Below, in pieces: positions 12,942-26,593 of a stretch of 64,000 nucleotides of DNA (the stretch's first letter is position 1; each line of letters begins with the position of its first letter). The translations under genes and the position numbers were made by a program. Source of the DNA: the human T2T-CHM13v2.0 reference genome, Homo sapiens; assembly GCF_009914755.1 (NCBI RefSeq), contig NC_060942.1; one strand, 5' to 3'. The notes below the pieces were generated by a model. It was not told where the DNA came from and did not search any database. It saw only the letters and a program-made list of their open reading frames with translations.

Positions 12942-13559
12942 AATAATGCGTGTTCAAAGGTGTCCCAAAAATGCAATAGCGACATGATCTGGAATCAAAA
13001 GATAAAGTTCCATAGAGGAAAAGAAAGACGAAAATGCAGTTTTGAAGGATGAGAAAGAGTATAATAAATTGAGAGCATGATAGCATGTATGAGGACATTT
13101 CCAGCGAGGAGAACAGTTTTCCAGCTTAAGCAAAGCTGTAAAGATGGAATGAGTTTCATGTTTGTCAGAGAATAGTAGCCAAAATGATCTCCTTTCTTTC
13201 AGGGTATAATCTTTTGGGGTACAGTCTCTGATTTCTGGACTCCAGCCTTCTGACTCCTTTCCCTCTTGTCTTGTTCCCTCTCCCATATCCATGTCATGCT
13301 TGCAGGGAGGCTTCCTAGAATACTTAAACCAGGATGGCCCTTTTATGCTTGTATGTAACAGTCATCATATACTCCTCCAAGATTCACTTAAAAAATCTGT
13401 CCTAAACCTTATGCTAAACCTTATGTCTGCCATTTCTACAGGCATATATCCCAAAAAGTGCCTAGCACAGAGTAAATTTTAAATTAATTAAATGATTATC
13501 AGATTCTTGAGAATGAGATCTGGCTTCAAGGAGTAACATTACTGATACAAGATGAAATA

Positions 13560-13830
13560 ACATGGTTCAAGCTCTCCATTCAGGACCTAGTGTTGGTAAG
13601 AAAAGGCTTGCATAAAAGGAATGACAAGGTAATGTTATGAAGAGTTTAATAGACACATATGTTGCTATCAAAAGCATGAAAGGGGGCATCAACACTGCTG
13701 GGAGGGTCAGGGCAGGCTTCACAGAGGAGGTGAGCTCTTTGCTGAATCTTAAAGGATAGGGGGAGGACTCACTCTTTAGCTAGCAGAGAGTAAAGCAGAG
13801 GATTTGAAATATGAGTAGTGTAGGGAGCAG
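13560..13830 (-). mobile_element. L2 fragment
   Basis: 'gggagggtcagggcaggcttcacagaggaggtgagctctttgctgaatcttaaaggatag'. Confidence 0.65.
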
Positions 13831-15160
13831 TAGATTAAATTGGAGCTTAGAGATGCTTTGAATTTCAACCTTTGTTTTATCTACAGAGAGTCACAGCCGG
13901 AGCATATTGTCACAAGTTGAAGTCTAAATTGCTTTAGATCACAGGTTCCCAAAGGGTAAGTCCATGTCTTTGGTGTATTCTCTCAGAACTTCATGCCTCC
14001 TGCACGGTGGGTGTTCAAATAAATATTTAATAATAATGAGGTGATTAATTGAGGGCACTCATGTTCCATATGCACGGGTAGAGCCCTCTTTTCACTTTAA
14101 TTACTATTGCTTTAATCATCATTAAATGCGTTTCTTAGATAGCAATTTGGTTCATGTTTAAACGTTCTGGCTGCCTAAGTTTCTAGCCCTAAGGTAAATA
14201 GTAGTATCAGAGAATAACCCTGTTCTTAGTTCTAGTAAATGATTTTGTGACACTGTCTATATGAACCTGAAGCAGAATTCTAGAAAGACACTTATCAAGA
14301 GATTACACCTGGAAGAATGTTGGAGAGGACTCGCGATGTTGGGAAATATAGGGAATTCCCTAGAAGGAACTGGGAATCCAGTGAGGAGTTTCTCACATAG
14401 CAGAGGCAGAAATAAAATCAGAAAGAGGTCTTCCAACAAGTGTGGCAAAAAATATATGAGTTCCTGACTTGATGATGCAATCCGGGGAGGAAACTACGAG
14501 TAGCCATAGCAACTGGTCAACTGGTGAGTGTGCTTCAGACCCAATGGACCCAAAAGGGTGAAAAGTAGAAACACACCTGTATGTGTGAGCATCTCTGCCA
14601 GCCAGATCATCAATGATCAAACTGCCCCAGGTTGTAAAAGGCCAATCTCACCTCAGCTGAATAAAGGCTAAAATGAATTCAAGACTCTTAGGCCAGGAGA
14701 AGTCTGGAGAGCAGTGAACTCCAATGCAGAGGAGGTAGCATCATTTCCCGCAGCAAAGCTATGCCCAGTAATGGAGCAGAAGCAAAGAGAAGGTTAGAGT
14801 TGAGAAGGAGAAAAGGAGAACAGAGGTTAGAACACTTACAGCTTTTTCATATGCACAAGTGGAGAAAGCATTTATGAAAGCTTCTTGCTTGACCAATTTA
14901 CTGCCCCAGGCCTAAGGGCCCAGCATGGAGCAGGCAATCACTGCAGATCAAATACAAGACTGGGGCTTTTGGGCAATCATCCTAGAGGATCCTAATCAGT
15001 GTTAAATATTGTTTCTCTTTTTCCATTCTTGCCACAGTAGAGCCTATTATGCATAAAACATTCAGAGTGATATTTTTAAAATACAATTCAGATAGTATCA
15101 TTCTCCTGTGTAAAACTCCCCAATGGCTCCCCATAGTATAGCTCTATGATTATTGTAGTG

Positions 15161-15478
15161 CAGAGGTCTCAAACTCAAAAGTCTAGAGGGACTAGATTGT
15201 AAGTGTTAAAAACACATTATTAGATTAGAGGGGCCTCTCAGAATGCAAGTATGTGTGAATTTAAAGAGCACTGTTGCCGCTTCCCCCTTTCATGTGTTGC
15301 CATGTGAAATTATGAACCCATCATTGCTAGAATTAATTTTTAAACACAACGTGGATATCTAAATTTTATGTGAAATCTAATTTTAAATGTTGGATCAAAT
15401 TTATAAAATATACTTCATGCTAAGCAAAATGTATCCGCGTAAGTGTTCTGTCTACTAACTGCCAACTGGGCTCCTCTG
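15161..15478 (-). mobile_element. hAT-Charlie non-autonomous DNA transposon (MER102-like)
   Basis: Ends cagagg.../...cctctg. Internal 'ggatatctaaattttatgtgaaatctaattttaaatgttgg' matches the recalled MER102 consensus. Confidence 0.7.
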
Positions 15479-16202
15479 GGATAGGGATAAGGCCAGTCTA
15501 GAATTGGTGTCAGATAAAGTTATCTCATGATTGCTGACATAGGGGTTAAAATTGTACCAAACGCAATAAGTGTTATGAGAAGCAAATGGCCAGATCAAAG
15601 GGCTAAACTTATATCTGCGCAGTCTAAAGAGGGGCCTCAAAGACTGAGGATAAGAGATTAAGACAGGAGATCTCACTAGAACCCACGCAATGTAACCACA
15701 GCAGAGAGATCCATAGAGCTATTGATGCCTCAGTAACTTTCTGAAGCAACAAGCCAAGCTTATAAGATTGCCTTACCATGTATGGTCTCTAACTAGACAA
15801 TTTCATCTTCTGTATTTATGTATGAAGAGGCAACAGAATGCAGAAGGAGTAAGAACATACTGTTGGCTAAATGCTCAAAACAACATCCATCTCTTCAGAG
15901 GTCTGAGTGGGCTTGTGGTTCATAGACAGCACAGCCTTACTGAGTGGGGTGCAAAAGTATACTTCTTGCTGATTATTCCCAAAAGTAACCTGTAGCATTG
16001 GGGAAATAAGACATGGGCCTAATTCAGTTGGAGATAACACACTAAAGAGTACCTGAAGCAAACCCCAGATCAGAGGCATTTCAATCAGCAAAGGGGAAGT
16101 TCAGAATCTCAGAGAGGAAGAGAGTGGGTAGGTGTTATCAAAAAAGGTTTTAGAGAGAAGGCAGGACATGAGATAAAGAATAAATTGATGAAGTTTTTAT
16201 TA

Positions 16203-16830
16203 CTTCATTAATTCAACAAATGTTTATAGAATGCTAGGCATGGTTTTAAACATTGGCATTGGGGATACAAGAGAAAAGAAAGCAATGACCCTGATGGAGC
16301 TTATTCTGGTTGACAAATAATTTCTGCTAGTTAGAAAATGAAAGAGGGAAATAAGACTAGTGTGGTTAGGAGTTGGGCATCTCTTCAGAGGTGGCACCTG
16401 ATCTATATCCTGATAGACAGAAAGGAGCCAGACAGATAAAGGTGTCAGGAGAAAGCATCTCAGGCAGAGACAATAAGAGGCATATGGTGGCAATGAGCCT
16501 AGTGTGTTCAAGAGAATAAGTTATATATGGTGGTAATGAGCCTAGTGTGTTCAAGAGAATAAGAGGTATCTGGTGGCAATGAGCCTAGTGTGTTCAAGAA
16601 AGAGGCTGGATGGAGGTAGTGCCATGAGATGAGAGATAGTTGGCAAGGGTCTTGCAGATTCTAGACACAGGGAAAGAATTTCAATTTTGTTGTATTTTTA
16701 ATGTGCAGCCATTGGAGTGTTTTAGGCAGGAGAATAATATGATATGGACAGTACCTTTAAAGATCACACTAGCCATTATGTGAAAAAGAGAATTTAAGGA
16801 CAAAGAATAGAAGGGCATAGACCTTCTAGA
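16203..16830 (-). mobile_element. L2 3' portion
   Basis: Starts 'ttcattaattcaacaaatgtttatagaatgctaggca...ggggataca', later 'gccattggagtgttttaggcaggagaataatatgat'. Confidence 0.85.
16472..16600 (+). repeat. Three tandem copies of a 43-bp unit inside the L2
   Basis: Unit aataagaggcatatggtggcaatgagcctagtgtgttcaagag starts at 16472, 16515 and 16558. Confidence 0.95.
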
Positions 16831-16841
16831 AAGTGAATGCA

Positions 16842-17150
16842 GGCCGGGTGTAGAGGTTCACACTTATAATCCCAGCACTTTGGGAGGCGAAGTCGGGCAG
16901 ATCACAAGGTCAAGAGTTTGAGACCAGCCTGGCCAATATGGTGAAATCCCATCTCTACTAAAAATACAAAAAAAATTAGCCAGGCGTGGTGGTGCATGCC
17001 TGTAATCCCAGCTACTCGGGAGGCTGAGGCAGGAGAATTGTTTGAACCTGGGAACCTGGGAGGCAGAAACTGTAATGAGCTGAGATTGCACCACTGCACT
17101 GCAGCCTGAGCAACAGAGTGAGACTCTGTCTCAAAAAAAAAAAAAAAAAA
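16842..17150 (+). mobile_element. Alu, AluSg-like, full length, with TSD
   Basis: 'gatcacaaggtc' 2-nt deletion form. TSD aaagtgaatgc at 16830-16840 and 17148-17158. Confidence 0.97.
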
Positions 17151-17925
17151 GTGAATGCGATAGAGCAGGCAAGAGATTAAAGTGTCTCAAGTGGTGTTTA
17201 GCAGTGCTGAGTTGCTCCAAGTATTGAAGCTGAATCTGATAAATAAGAAAGGACCATGAAATACAGTATTTTGATAGTTGTAGGCAAATTAATCCAATTT
17301 TTAAAGAGAGCACTGAGATTCCTTACCATAGGACTGATGTGACAGTATAAGAATAATTTATTTTCTTAGTTGTTTACCACCTGTTTTTCTCTGTAAACTT
17401 CATGAGGAATTTGGTCTTACTCTTCAGGACCCCATCAACTTTACTACCATCACCGCAAGACAATGAAGCATCCTGAAGGCAAACACCATGCTAATTTCAC
17501 TTTGAACACAGTTATTAGCATACAGTATGCTCAATAAGTGATTAATGAATGTAATGAGCATATAAGTGGAAGAACAATGTATTCGATGAAATAAATAAGA
17601 TTTAACGGAAAGATATTAGAAGAATAACAAGCAATGAAGTTGCTACAATAATGCAGATTTGAAATTAAGGGACTATACTAAGGAAAGAAGGAATGAAAGA
17701 GAAATGCAATCTGCATTTTTAAGGAAATCAATAGAATGTGGTAATAGTGGTGGCCTATTGATCATAAAAGATAAAATTGAGAAGGAAATTAAATATGATA
17801 GATTAGTATGTCACATCTATTTCACCCTCAACTCGCATCTCCTGTCCAGTGTGCTAACCTCATCTGCAAAGTTGGGAAAAATGAAAAACACATTTCCCAG
17901 GGACTCTTGTAGTTAGGATTCTTGA

Positions 17926-18312
<387 letters not shown>

Positions 18313-18446
18313 CCATTTGCATGCTATTTAAAGGAAGAATTGAAGTGGAGACTGCACTACCTGCCACTGCTATTTTGCTGGCAAGCACGGCCATTGAGAT
18401 GTTCGGGTTTTAATGGTAGCATTTAGCAGATGAGAGGGTCCAGTCA

Positions 18447-18767
18447 GGCCGGCGCGGTGGCTCACGCCTGTAATCCCAGCATTTTGGGAGGCCAATGTGG
18501 GCAGATCAGGAGGTCAGGAGATCAAGACCATCCTGGCTAACACGGTGAAACCCTGTCTCTCCTAAAAATACAAAAAATTAGCCAGGCATGGTGGCAGGCG
18601 CCTGTGGTCCCAGCTACTCAGGAGGCGGAGGCTGAGGCAGAATGGCGTGAACCTGGGAGGTGGAGCTTGCAGGGAGCCAAGATAGTGCCACTGCACTCCA
18701 GCCAGGGCGACAGAGCTAGACTCCATCTCAAAAAAAAACAAAAGAAAAGAAAAGAAAGAAAAAGAAA
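18447..18767 (+). mobile_element. AluY-like
   Basis: Y diagnostics 'gaccatcctggctaacacggtgaaaccc' and 'gaatggcgtgaacc...ggagcttgcag'. Confidence 0.95.
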
Positions 18768-21030
18768 TTCAGAAATCAGGCTCCCATTTTGCTGATGCAG
18801 ATTACAGCAGGTTCATAGGACTGACAACAATAATGGCTTCTTAATTATAGCACTTTGCTGGTGTTGACCACTTTCTGTTTGGTAGCATTGGCTACCATGA
18901 AGAATCTGCAGCTTCCTTGGTGGCAAGATACAGTATGGCAGACTTGGGAGTTATTTCTGAAAGTTTAACATACATTTAGTTTCTTCCACCCTCTGAGAGA
19001 TTTTATAAGTTATTTAATATTCTCATAATTGGATCCTTATGGCTTAAATTAGCCAGAGTAGGTACTGTTTTTTAGAATTGAACTGTGGGAGATAAATAAC
19101 TATTTCTGGATTCGAACCTGAGGGACTGGAACAGTGGTGGACACAAAAGAAAGAAAAAGTAAGGAAGATGAGAAGAGGATAGAGCCTGAAAGAGAAAGAG
19201 AAGACGTTTTCTTGCCTTATGGAGAAATTGAAATAGGCAGTATGACAAGAGGGAAGCAGAGCCAAAACAGGATTGAAAAACTTCAGTATATCCACAAAGC
19301 AACAAGCAAATATCAATAAACACACACCCTGGGACTTGAACACAGAAGCCCTGAGTAACCTGAATTATCAGGAAGCCTTTGGAAGCAGGCAGCACCCTGT
19401 TAGGAGGAGAGAGCTTCCAACATGATTGCTGAAAACAGAAAGATTCCTTGGAAAGCAGTTCCATGACAGTTTAGATGAATTCAAATGGTCTGTGTACATG
19501 TTTTGGACATTGTCACAAACAGGAAACATGGGATTGAGCCATTGGATACAGTGCCTGCCTTGCTTGTCAGCCAGGGCCACAGGGGCCAGTGCCAGCGTAA
19601 TGCAGCAGAAACGCACAGAAACACTTGGGTGCCAACAAAACACAGAGCATCCTGGAGGCTGCTCTTAGACAACAGCGGGACAAAAATGCCTTCCCCACAG
19701 AATTTGAATGGTCAAAGAAAATCCCATAGTGTGAGGTACTGGAAATTGTTTTCTTAATGGAACATCAGAACGATTTACATAGTAATGGAACTGTCTAAAG
19801 TTTAGCAATGTCCTGGGTTTCCAGACTGCTCTTGCCAACGTTAGACCAAAGATTATACAGGGAAGGTTATGATAGATGTGAAATAGAAGAAAGGGAGAAA
19901 CGAACATGACTATGAATCCATGGGTGTGTTTTGCAAGTGTTTATAATGTTTCATTTTATTTATTTGCTCATGTATTTGTTCTTTTGCTTTGTTTTTGCTC
20001 TGACCCATTCCACAAAACACTTAGGCAAGAGTTATTTGTGACATATTTAGTGCTTTTTACACTTTTATTTTTTGAAGTATGTGTTGGTAATCATTACCTT
20101 GATAATATATACAATCTGTTTCCTATCCTGCATCCTGTCGATGCTCCTTCTCTAGTGAATTTGTAAGGAACTTTTGATGAAAGCAAACAAAATATGCAAT
20201 CATCAACATGCTTAACACTCACAGCCATCATTCTCATATGGAAAATTGTTTAAATCACCCATTCAAACATGTTCATTGTGGCAATCACACCACCTCCATA
20301 AATTGTGTTGTGAAAGAGAAAACACACACACTCTCCCACTGATGTTCCTGCCTACAATAACTCAAGGCAAAAGCTAAAGGCTACAATTTGCTGTCAGGCT
20401 GTCAAGTTCTGGACCCACTGGGCACGTTGATTTCAATTTTCCTTTCTGCAGATGCAATATCTGGCATCTTGGGGCTACAGAGACTTCTAAGTAGGAGATA
20501 ACTACAATATTCTAAAAAGGAAGGGGAAAAAGAAGAGATTAACTCTCACAGCTTCCCAATGCATGTTAGCATAAAAATACAACAGTACTCTTTATAATTT
20601 TCATTTTAGAGGTTATGAAAGGCAGTTTAAACGTGGCTTATAAACTTCACCTGAATTATTCCGCAGTGTGTATCGCAGTATTCTGCACCACGTGGGTCCT
20701 GTTCACCTATTATCACAGAAGTTTAGAGGTGGAAGGGACAATAAATGTTTGACAAGGTGTTAACAGTCCGTATCTCCATGTCTTCCATTCACGTGGCTCA
20801 CCATCCACATATTCAGGAAGTACTTTTATCTTTCAAAACAGTTTGGTGATAAGAAAAGAAAATGCATCGTGTGAATGCACAAAGAAAAGTGCATTGTGAT
20901 GTCACAATGGAGCAGCTTTGATTCTCTTTCCTCTGAACACTAGAGAGGCCATGTCAAAGCTAGACCCTGGGAGTCCAAGCACCTCTGCAAATCCACTTCT
21001 CACAAACATGATAATTATGATGGTAGGTAA

Positions 21031-21478
21031 TGTTATCGGTCTATTTGTGTCCCTCCAAGCTTCATATATTGAAGTTCAGCCCCAGGATCTCATAATGTGA
21101 TATTATTTGGAAATAGGGCCATTGCAGATATAACTAGTTCAAAGGAAGTCATACAGAAGTAGGGTGGGTCCTAATCCAATACAACTGATGTCCTTATACA
21201 ATTGGAAATGTGAACACAAACATGCACACACGGAGCATGCAGGTGAAGGTGAAGGCAAAGATCTATAAGCCAAGGAATGCCAAAGATTACCAGCAAACCA
21301 TCAAAAGCTAAGAGAGGGATGAAACAGATTCTCTGTCACAGCCTCAGAAGGAACCAACCCTGCTGGCACTTTGATGTTGGACTTCTGAATCCTAGAACTG
21401 TGAGGCAACACATTCCTGTTGCTCATGCCATCCAGTATGGCACTTTTGTTATAGCAGCCCTAATACAGACAAAGATAC
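21031..21478 (+). mobile_element. MaLR solo LTR (MLT1B/C-like)
   Basis: 'tatttggaaatagggccattgcagat', 'aagccaaggaatgccaaagattaccagcaaacca', 'tttgttatagcagccct'. Confidence 0.9.
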
Positions 21479-21879
21479 TAATTAATTAAAACCATAAACC
21501 TCTAATAACATGAGCATATATCATAGAGCTCTTTCAAGATTATTTCCCCAAGTCAAGAAAGACATAGGGCAGAGATTTTTGTTTTAAATGAGCTGATGGA
21601 AGTGATGGGACTTACTCTCAGCTTACACTCAAAGGCAATAAAAAAAGCTGAGTCTAGAAAGGTGTTTCAGAACTGACTTTCTGCAGATTCTGTGACAATA
21701 GTCCCTGGCCTATATTGGTGAAAAGAACTGGAAAGGAGAAGAAGACTATGACTCCTAGATAGTCTCTGTTCTCTCCTGTCTGTTTCACCAGGTTAGCAAT
21801 GCATCTTCAACAATAAAATGTTGAAGGAGATGGGTGCTATAAACTCAGATCAGAGTGGGAGTGTGGGAGTAGAAATAAC

Positions 21880-22070
21880 AATGACAATAATAACATCTTT
21901 GCTTCCATAAAGTTTTCCCATTATCTATCTCTTTGAACTTTACCTACAAATACATGAGATAGTAGCCCACTTATTATTATCCATTTTTGCAGAAAGGGAA
22001 GCTGAGACTCTAAGAAGTAAAATGAATTATTCAATCAGTTCAGGCCACAGCTCGGCCAATGCTCTTTCTA
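21880..22070 (-). mobile_element. MIR fragment
   Basis: 'ttattatccatttttgcagaaagggaagctgagactctaagaagtaaaatga'. Confidence 0.7.
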
Positions 22071-22678
22071 GGAAACCATGCTTGAAGAAAATGCTTTCCA
22101 TGGAGAATTTGTGTAAGAACATAGTTACAAAAATAAAAAAGGAGCCATTAAACTTCATTAAATTCCTGAGGGTTCTGAATCCTTGCTGCTTGACTGATGC
22201 AAGCACATGTAGGAAGGTGGCCTGGGAAGGGATGGTGGAGTGAACGAACTGAGAGACCCCTGAGGAATACAAGGACTCCCTTCACTGTTTGAAAAGTAGT
22301 AGAATAGAGCTTCCAATGTGCCCTCTGGATCTAGTATACATGAATAAACTCAAGAGAGGGCCACACCAGGCCTGCTGGCATTGGTCTACCCAAGCAGAGC
22401 TCCTGGGACTATGTGGCCACAGCCTCTGCACACAAGGCTCTAACCTACCATTTGATGGCAGCAGCCCAGGGTTAAACCTCTGCAAACAAGGGATTGATTT
22501 CATCACTGCAACCTCAAAAGGCAGAAAATCTTCCAGCTTCTCCAAACTTCCTTAGAAATCCCTTATTGATTCGTCACCTGGGTATTTATATAGTCTTTCG
22601 AAAATCTTTCATATATTCAATGCATTTCCTCTCTAGAAATAAGAACATAAGATTACTTCCCTAATTTTTGTGTTTCAT

Positions 22679-22921
22679 AGAAAGGGGAGGCATTAGTACC
22701 TTCTTCCTTTGTAGGCTTGTCTGAGAACTCCATGAAATCAGGGATGCGAAGGGGATGGTGTAGAGTAGAATGTTTCTAATTTGTTCCCACTTCCATTCCC
22801 ATTCATGCAGTAATCTAAGTCAAAATAATTACAAATAGCTCCTGACCTAAGTTGACTGCACTGAGAATAGAAAGAAGCAAAAAGAAAAGAGGCATTAAGG
22901 TGAATAGGTAGTTATGAAGTA
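22679..22921 (+). repeat. Dispersed direct duplication A, copy 1 (probable donor, partly MIR-like)
   Basis: 243 bp matching 24572-24815 with 8 substitutions and 1 indel by manual alignment. Confidence 0.95.
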
Positions 22922-23139
22922 GTCATTAGTGGAATGACTACTGATCTATCCTAAACTTGCCTCACTGTGTCTCATGATCTCAAAGTGATTCCTCTACTCC
23001 TCATATTCCACATGTCATGGACAAGACCTCCTTCTCCATCCCCTGAATGAGTTTCTGATTTGTATCCGGTTTCTCCAAAGTCTTCCTCTTCAAACTCCCA
23101 TTCCATCTCATAGTCACATAGTCTTTCTTTTCCATGGGT

Positions 23140-23330
23140 TCACTCACTAATTAAATTTTAAGCATTTTCTTTATGCAAGTTGCTGGCCAATTACCAGTGA
23201 CACAAAGATGAACAAAGCACTGTTCATGTCCTCACAGAGTTCACTGTCTAGGGGCAGAATTGCAGTCGAGTGGGAGAGTGAGTTGGACTGAGCTCTGCTG
23301 ACCAGAATGTAATGTGGGATATGGTAGAAC
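23140..23330 (-). mobile_element. L2 3' fragment
   Basis: 'gacacaaagatgaacaaagcactgttcatgtcctcacagagttcactgtctagggg'. Confidence 0.7.
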
Positions 23331-23692
23331 AAGCAGAGCATGTGGGTTTTGCTCACAAGAGGGCCCCTGTGTTGATCAGAGTTCTTTGCAAACAGCATAA
23401 GTAAGTTCTGGCTTACTTAGACCCAAAGAGGGAGAGGTTGGATTATTTGAATGGCTGAAAGAAGCCTCAGGAGATCCAAAACAGGCCTCAGAAAACTAGG
23501 AGCAAAGTCTGTTTCTGAGATCCAAAAAGCAAGAATTATTAGAACAAGGTCCAATCATGTCTGGTTCCACGTGCCATTTCAAGACAAATACCAAAGAGAG
23601 GGCCCTGGCTGCTCAACCTCTGTCCTAGGCTGACTCCTTTTCCAAGAAGACCAACTCACCTTACAGATACCCTGTTCAGACTGCTTCTATTA

Positions 23693-24244
<552 letters not shown>

Positions 24245-24571
24245 TTAACAAAAAGCAAGAGTTAGTGGTGTGAGTATAAGAGAAAGAGGAAGAAAAAGGA
24301 AGTCCTGAGGATAGTAAATAGAGATGCTTTGGGACGTGGCACCAAGGTGGGAAAGGAATAGGAGCCAGATTGTAGAAGGAACCCATGGAACGGCAAGGGT
24401 GTGGGAAAGATGACAAGAGGAAACACAGAAAAACGGAATACAAGACTCAGTGTGGCAGCAATGTAAAGGGGCACATCATGAGGCAGTGAGGTTCTAAGTG
24501 TAGAATGGTGCACAGTGCTTAGCACGTGATTAATGCTTAAAGAGCATTAATTTCATTATCAGTATAATCAC

Positions 24572-24815
24572 AGAAAGGGGAGGCATAACTACCTTCTTCC
24601 TTTGTAGACTTGTCTGAGAACTCCATGAAATCAGGGATGTGAAGGGGATGGTGTAGAGTAGAATGTTTCTAATTTGTTCCCCACTTCCGTTCCCAGTCAT
24701 GCAGTAATCTAAGTCAAAATAATTACAAATAGCTCCTGACCTAAGTTGACTGCACTGAGAATAGAAAGAAGCAAAAAGAAAAGAGGCATTAAGGTAAACA
24801 GGTAGTTATGAAGTA
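24572..24815 (+). repeat. Dispersed direct duplication A, copy 2 (probable inserted copy)
   Basis: 244 bp, ~96% identical to 22679-22921, bracketed by agtataa at 24561-24567 and 24812-24818. Confidence 0.95.
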
Positions 24816-26228
24816 TAAAGAAAGAGTCTTAAAACCTTGCCAGGTGTCTGATGTAAGAGATTAGGTAGATATTGGCATTATTCTTCAAGATGGGAAAGGT
24901 GGGTTTTGAGGGAAAGAGGAAGTGTTTGGTTTGGTGATGTTGAGCGTTAACTATGTCAACTATGGCTTCATGTTGGGTTTGGGTGGCAAAAGACATTCCA
25001 CGGGTGGTAGAACTGCTGACACTGGCCTTCCCATGCCTTGACATTGTATATGTGACCCGAATGGCCAGAGCAGGAGTTTTTGTTCTGGGGCACTGAGTTT
25101 TGGACTGACGATGGGTACCAAGTCTTCTGACCTGCTCTGATATAAACTAGCTTACTCTTTTCTTCAAATCCTTTATCCACACTATCCTTCCTAAGGCATG
25201 TTCTCTTTATTTAAATCCCTGTGAAAATCTCCCATCTGAGGATGTCCCTACTAAAGTATTTTCAAAAGGAAAGAGAGAGGAAGCAATTAAAACAGCAACA
25301 ACGAACAAGCCCTCAAGGAATTTTTAATGCCTGGAAAGCATTTCCTCCTGAACACCTGGGGTTTCTGGGATAGATAGTTTCCAAGTCTCCTAAAACTAGT
25401 CAGAAGGACCTAAATCCTTCTGTGGCTTACAGAGTCCAGTCCAGTCTTGGCACTCCACACACAATGATGAATCATAAAGAATGGAGGAGTTGAATTGGAA
25501 CTGTTACTGAGCCCAAAGAGTAATTTTTTTCTTACTTATGATGTATTTCAGATCTCACAACATCTGCTTGTTTAAATTTCAGCTGGGGAATTTGGGGGGA
25601 TGTTAAAAGACTTCTGGATTTCTTATAATAGAAATGAATGTTTCCCTGTGCATTCTAACTTTTCTCCTGGTGAATTTTATATCTCCTTAATCTCCTGATA
25701 AGCTTGTGCCACATGCATTACATGCTTTATTTGGAATAGAGTGCCCCCTAGGCTGGATGATTTCCCTGAAGGCACACAACGATTGCACGGGTTCGAAGGA
25801 GTTAGACACTGGTGCTCTTGACCCTTAGTGCAGTTTCCTTCCCATGCATCTCTTCCATGAGTTTGCTGAGATCCTTCCCTTCCCTAAGAGCAGGCACTCA
25901 CCAGAGCATACACCATGTTAACAGGCAGTGCAATCAGTGAGGAGGCTCTTAACATCCACCTGCTCACTTGTCCAGAGAATATACTGAACAGCTCAGGCAG
26001 CACTGATTACAAAGGTCAGTAGTCGACATGTGGCTAGAGAGCTTAGTGGAGCAATAATCAGGTGCAGGCTCTTTCCTTCCTCTTAGAGTTTTTCAATTTG
26101 ATAGGGTAACATGCTCAAGGATGTGAGGTGACCTCTGGGAGCACTGCAGCTTTGTGTTCATGATACTCATCTTTAAAAGTGTCTGTGACCCAGAGATATA
26201 TCAAGTGATGAAATGAGAGAGGTTTTGC

Positions 26229-26570
26229 ATCCTGCTCGTATGTGACAACCTGAACCTGGAGGACATAAGGCTAAGTGAAATAAGCCAGCCACCACCGAAG
26301 GACAAATACTACATGGTTCTCCTTATATGAGATATCTAAAATCAAACTCATAGAAACAGAGTTAAATGGTAGTTTCCAGGAATTAGAAGTAGGGAGAAAT
26401 GGGAGTTGTTGCTCAATGGATATATAGTTTCCATATATAGTTTATGGAAGATGAAGAAGTTGTAGAGATCTGCTGTACAATATTGTGACTAAAGTTAACA
26501 ATACTATACTGTGCACTTAAAATTTTGTCAAAGGAGTAGATCTTCTGTTAAATCCTCTTACTACAATTTA
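26229..26570 (+). mobile_element. L1MB/L1MA-type 3' end
   Basis: 'gaacctggaggacataaggctaagtgaaataagccag...aaggacaaatactacatg...tagagatctgctgtacaatattgtg'. Confidence 0.9.
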
Positions 26571-26593
26571 TGTGTGTGTGTGTGTGTGTGTGT
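26571..26593 (+). repeat. (TG)n microsatellite
   Basis: Direct read. Confidence 0.95.

Noticed and set aside
13402-13425. 12-bp tandem duplication ctaaaccttatg x2 (similar ones at 17044-17059 and ~26421-26443)
   Set aside because: Ordinary slippage micro-duplications, common in mammalian DNA.
16472-16600. CRISPR-like look of three near-identical repeats with a short variable patch
   Set aside because: The units abut with no unique spacers, derive from L2, have no cas genes nearby and sit in primate DNA. It is a tandem repeat.
19044-19907. Cluster of overlapping ORFs on both strands suggesting an exon or pseudogene
   Set aside because: No translation resembles a protein family I know, and there is no poly(A)/TSD or convincing splice-site pair.
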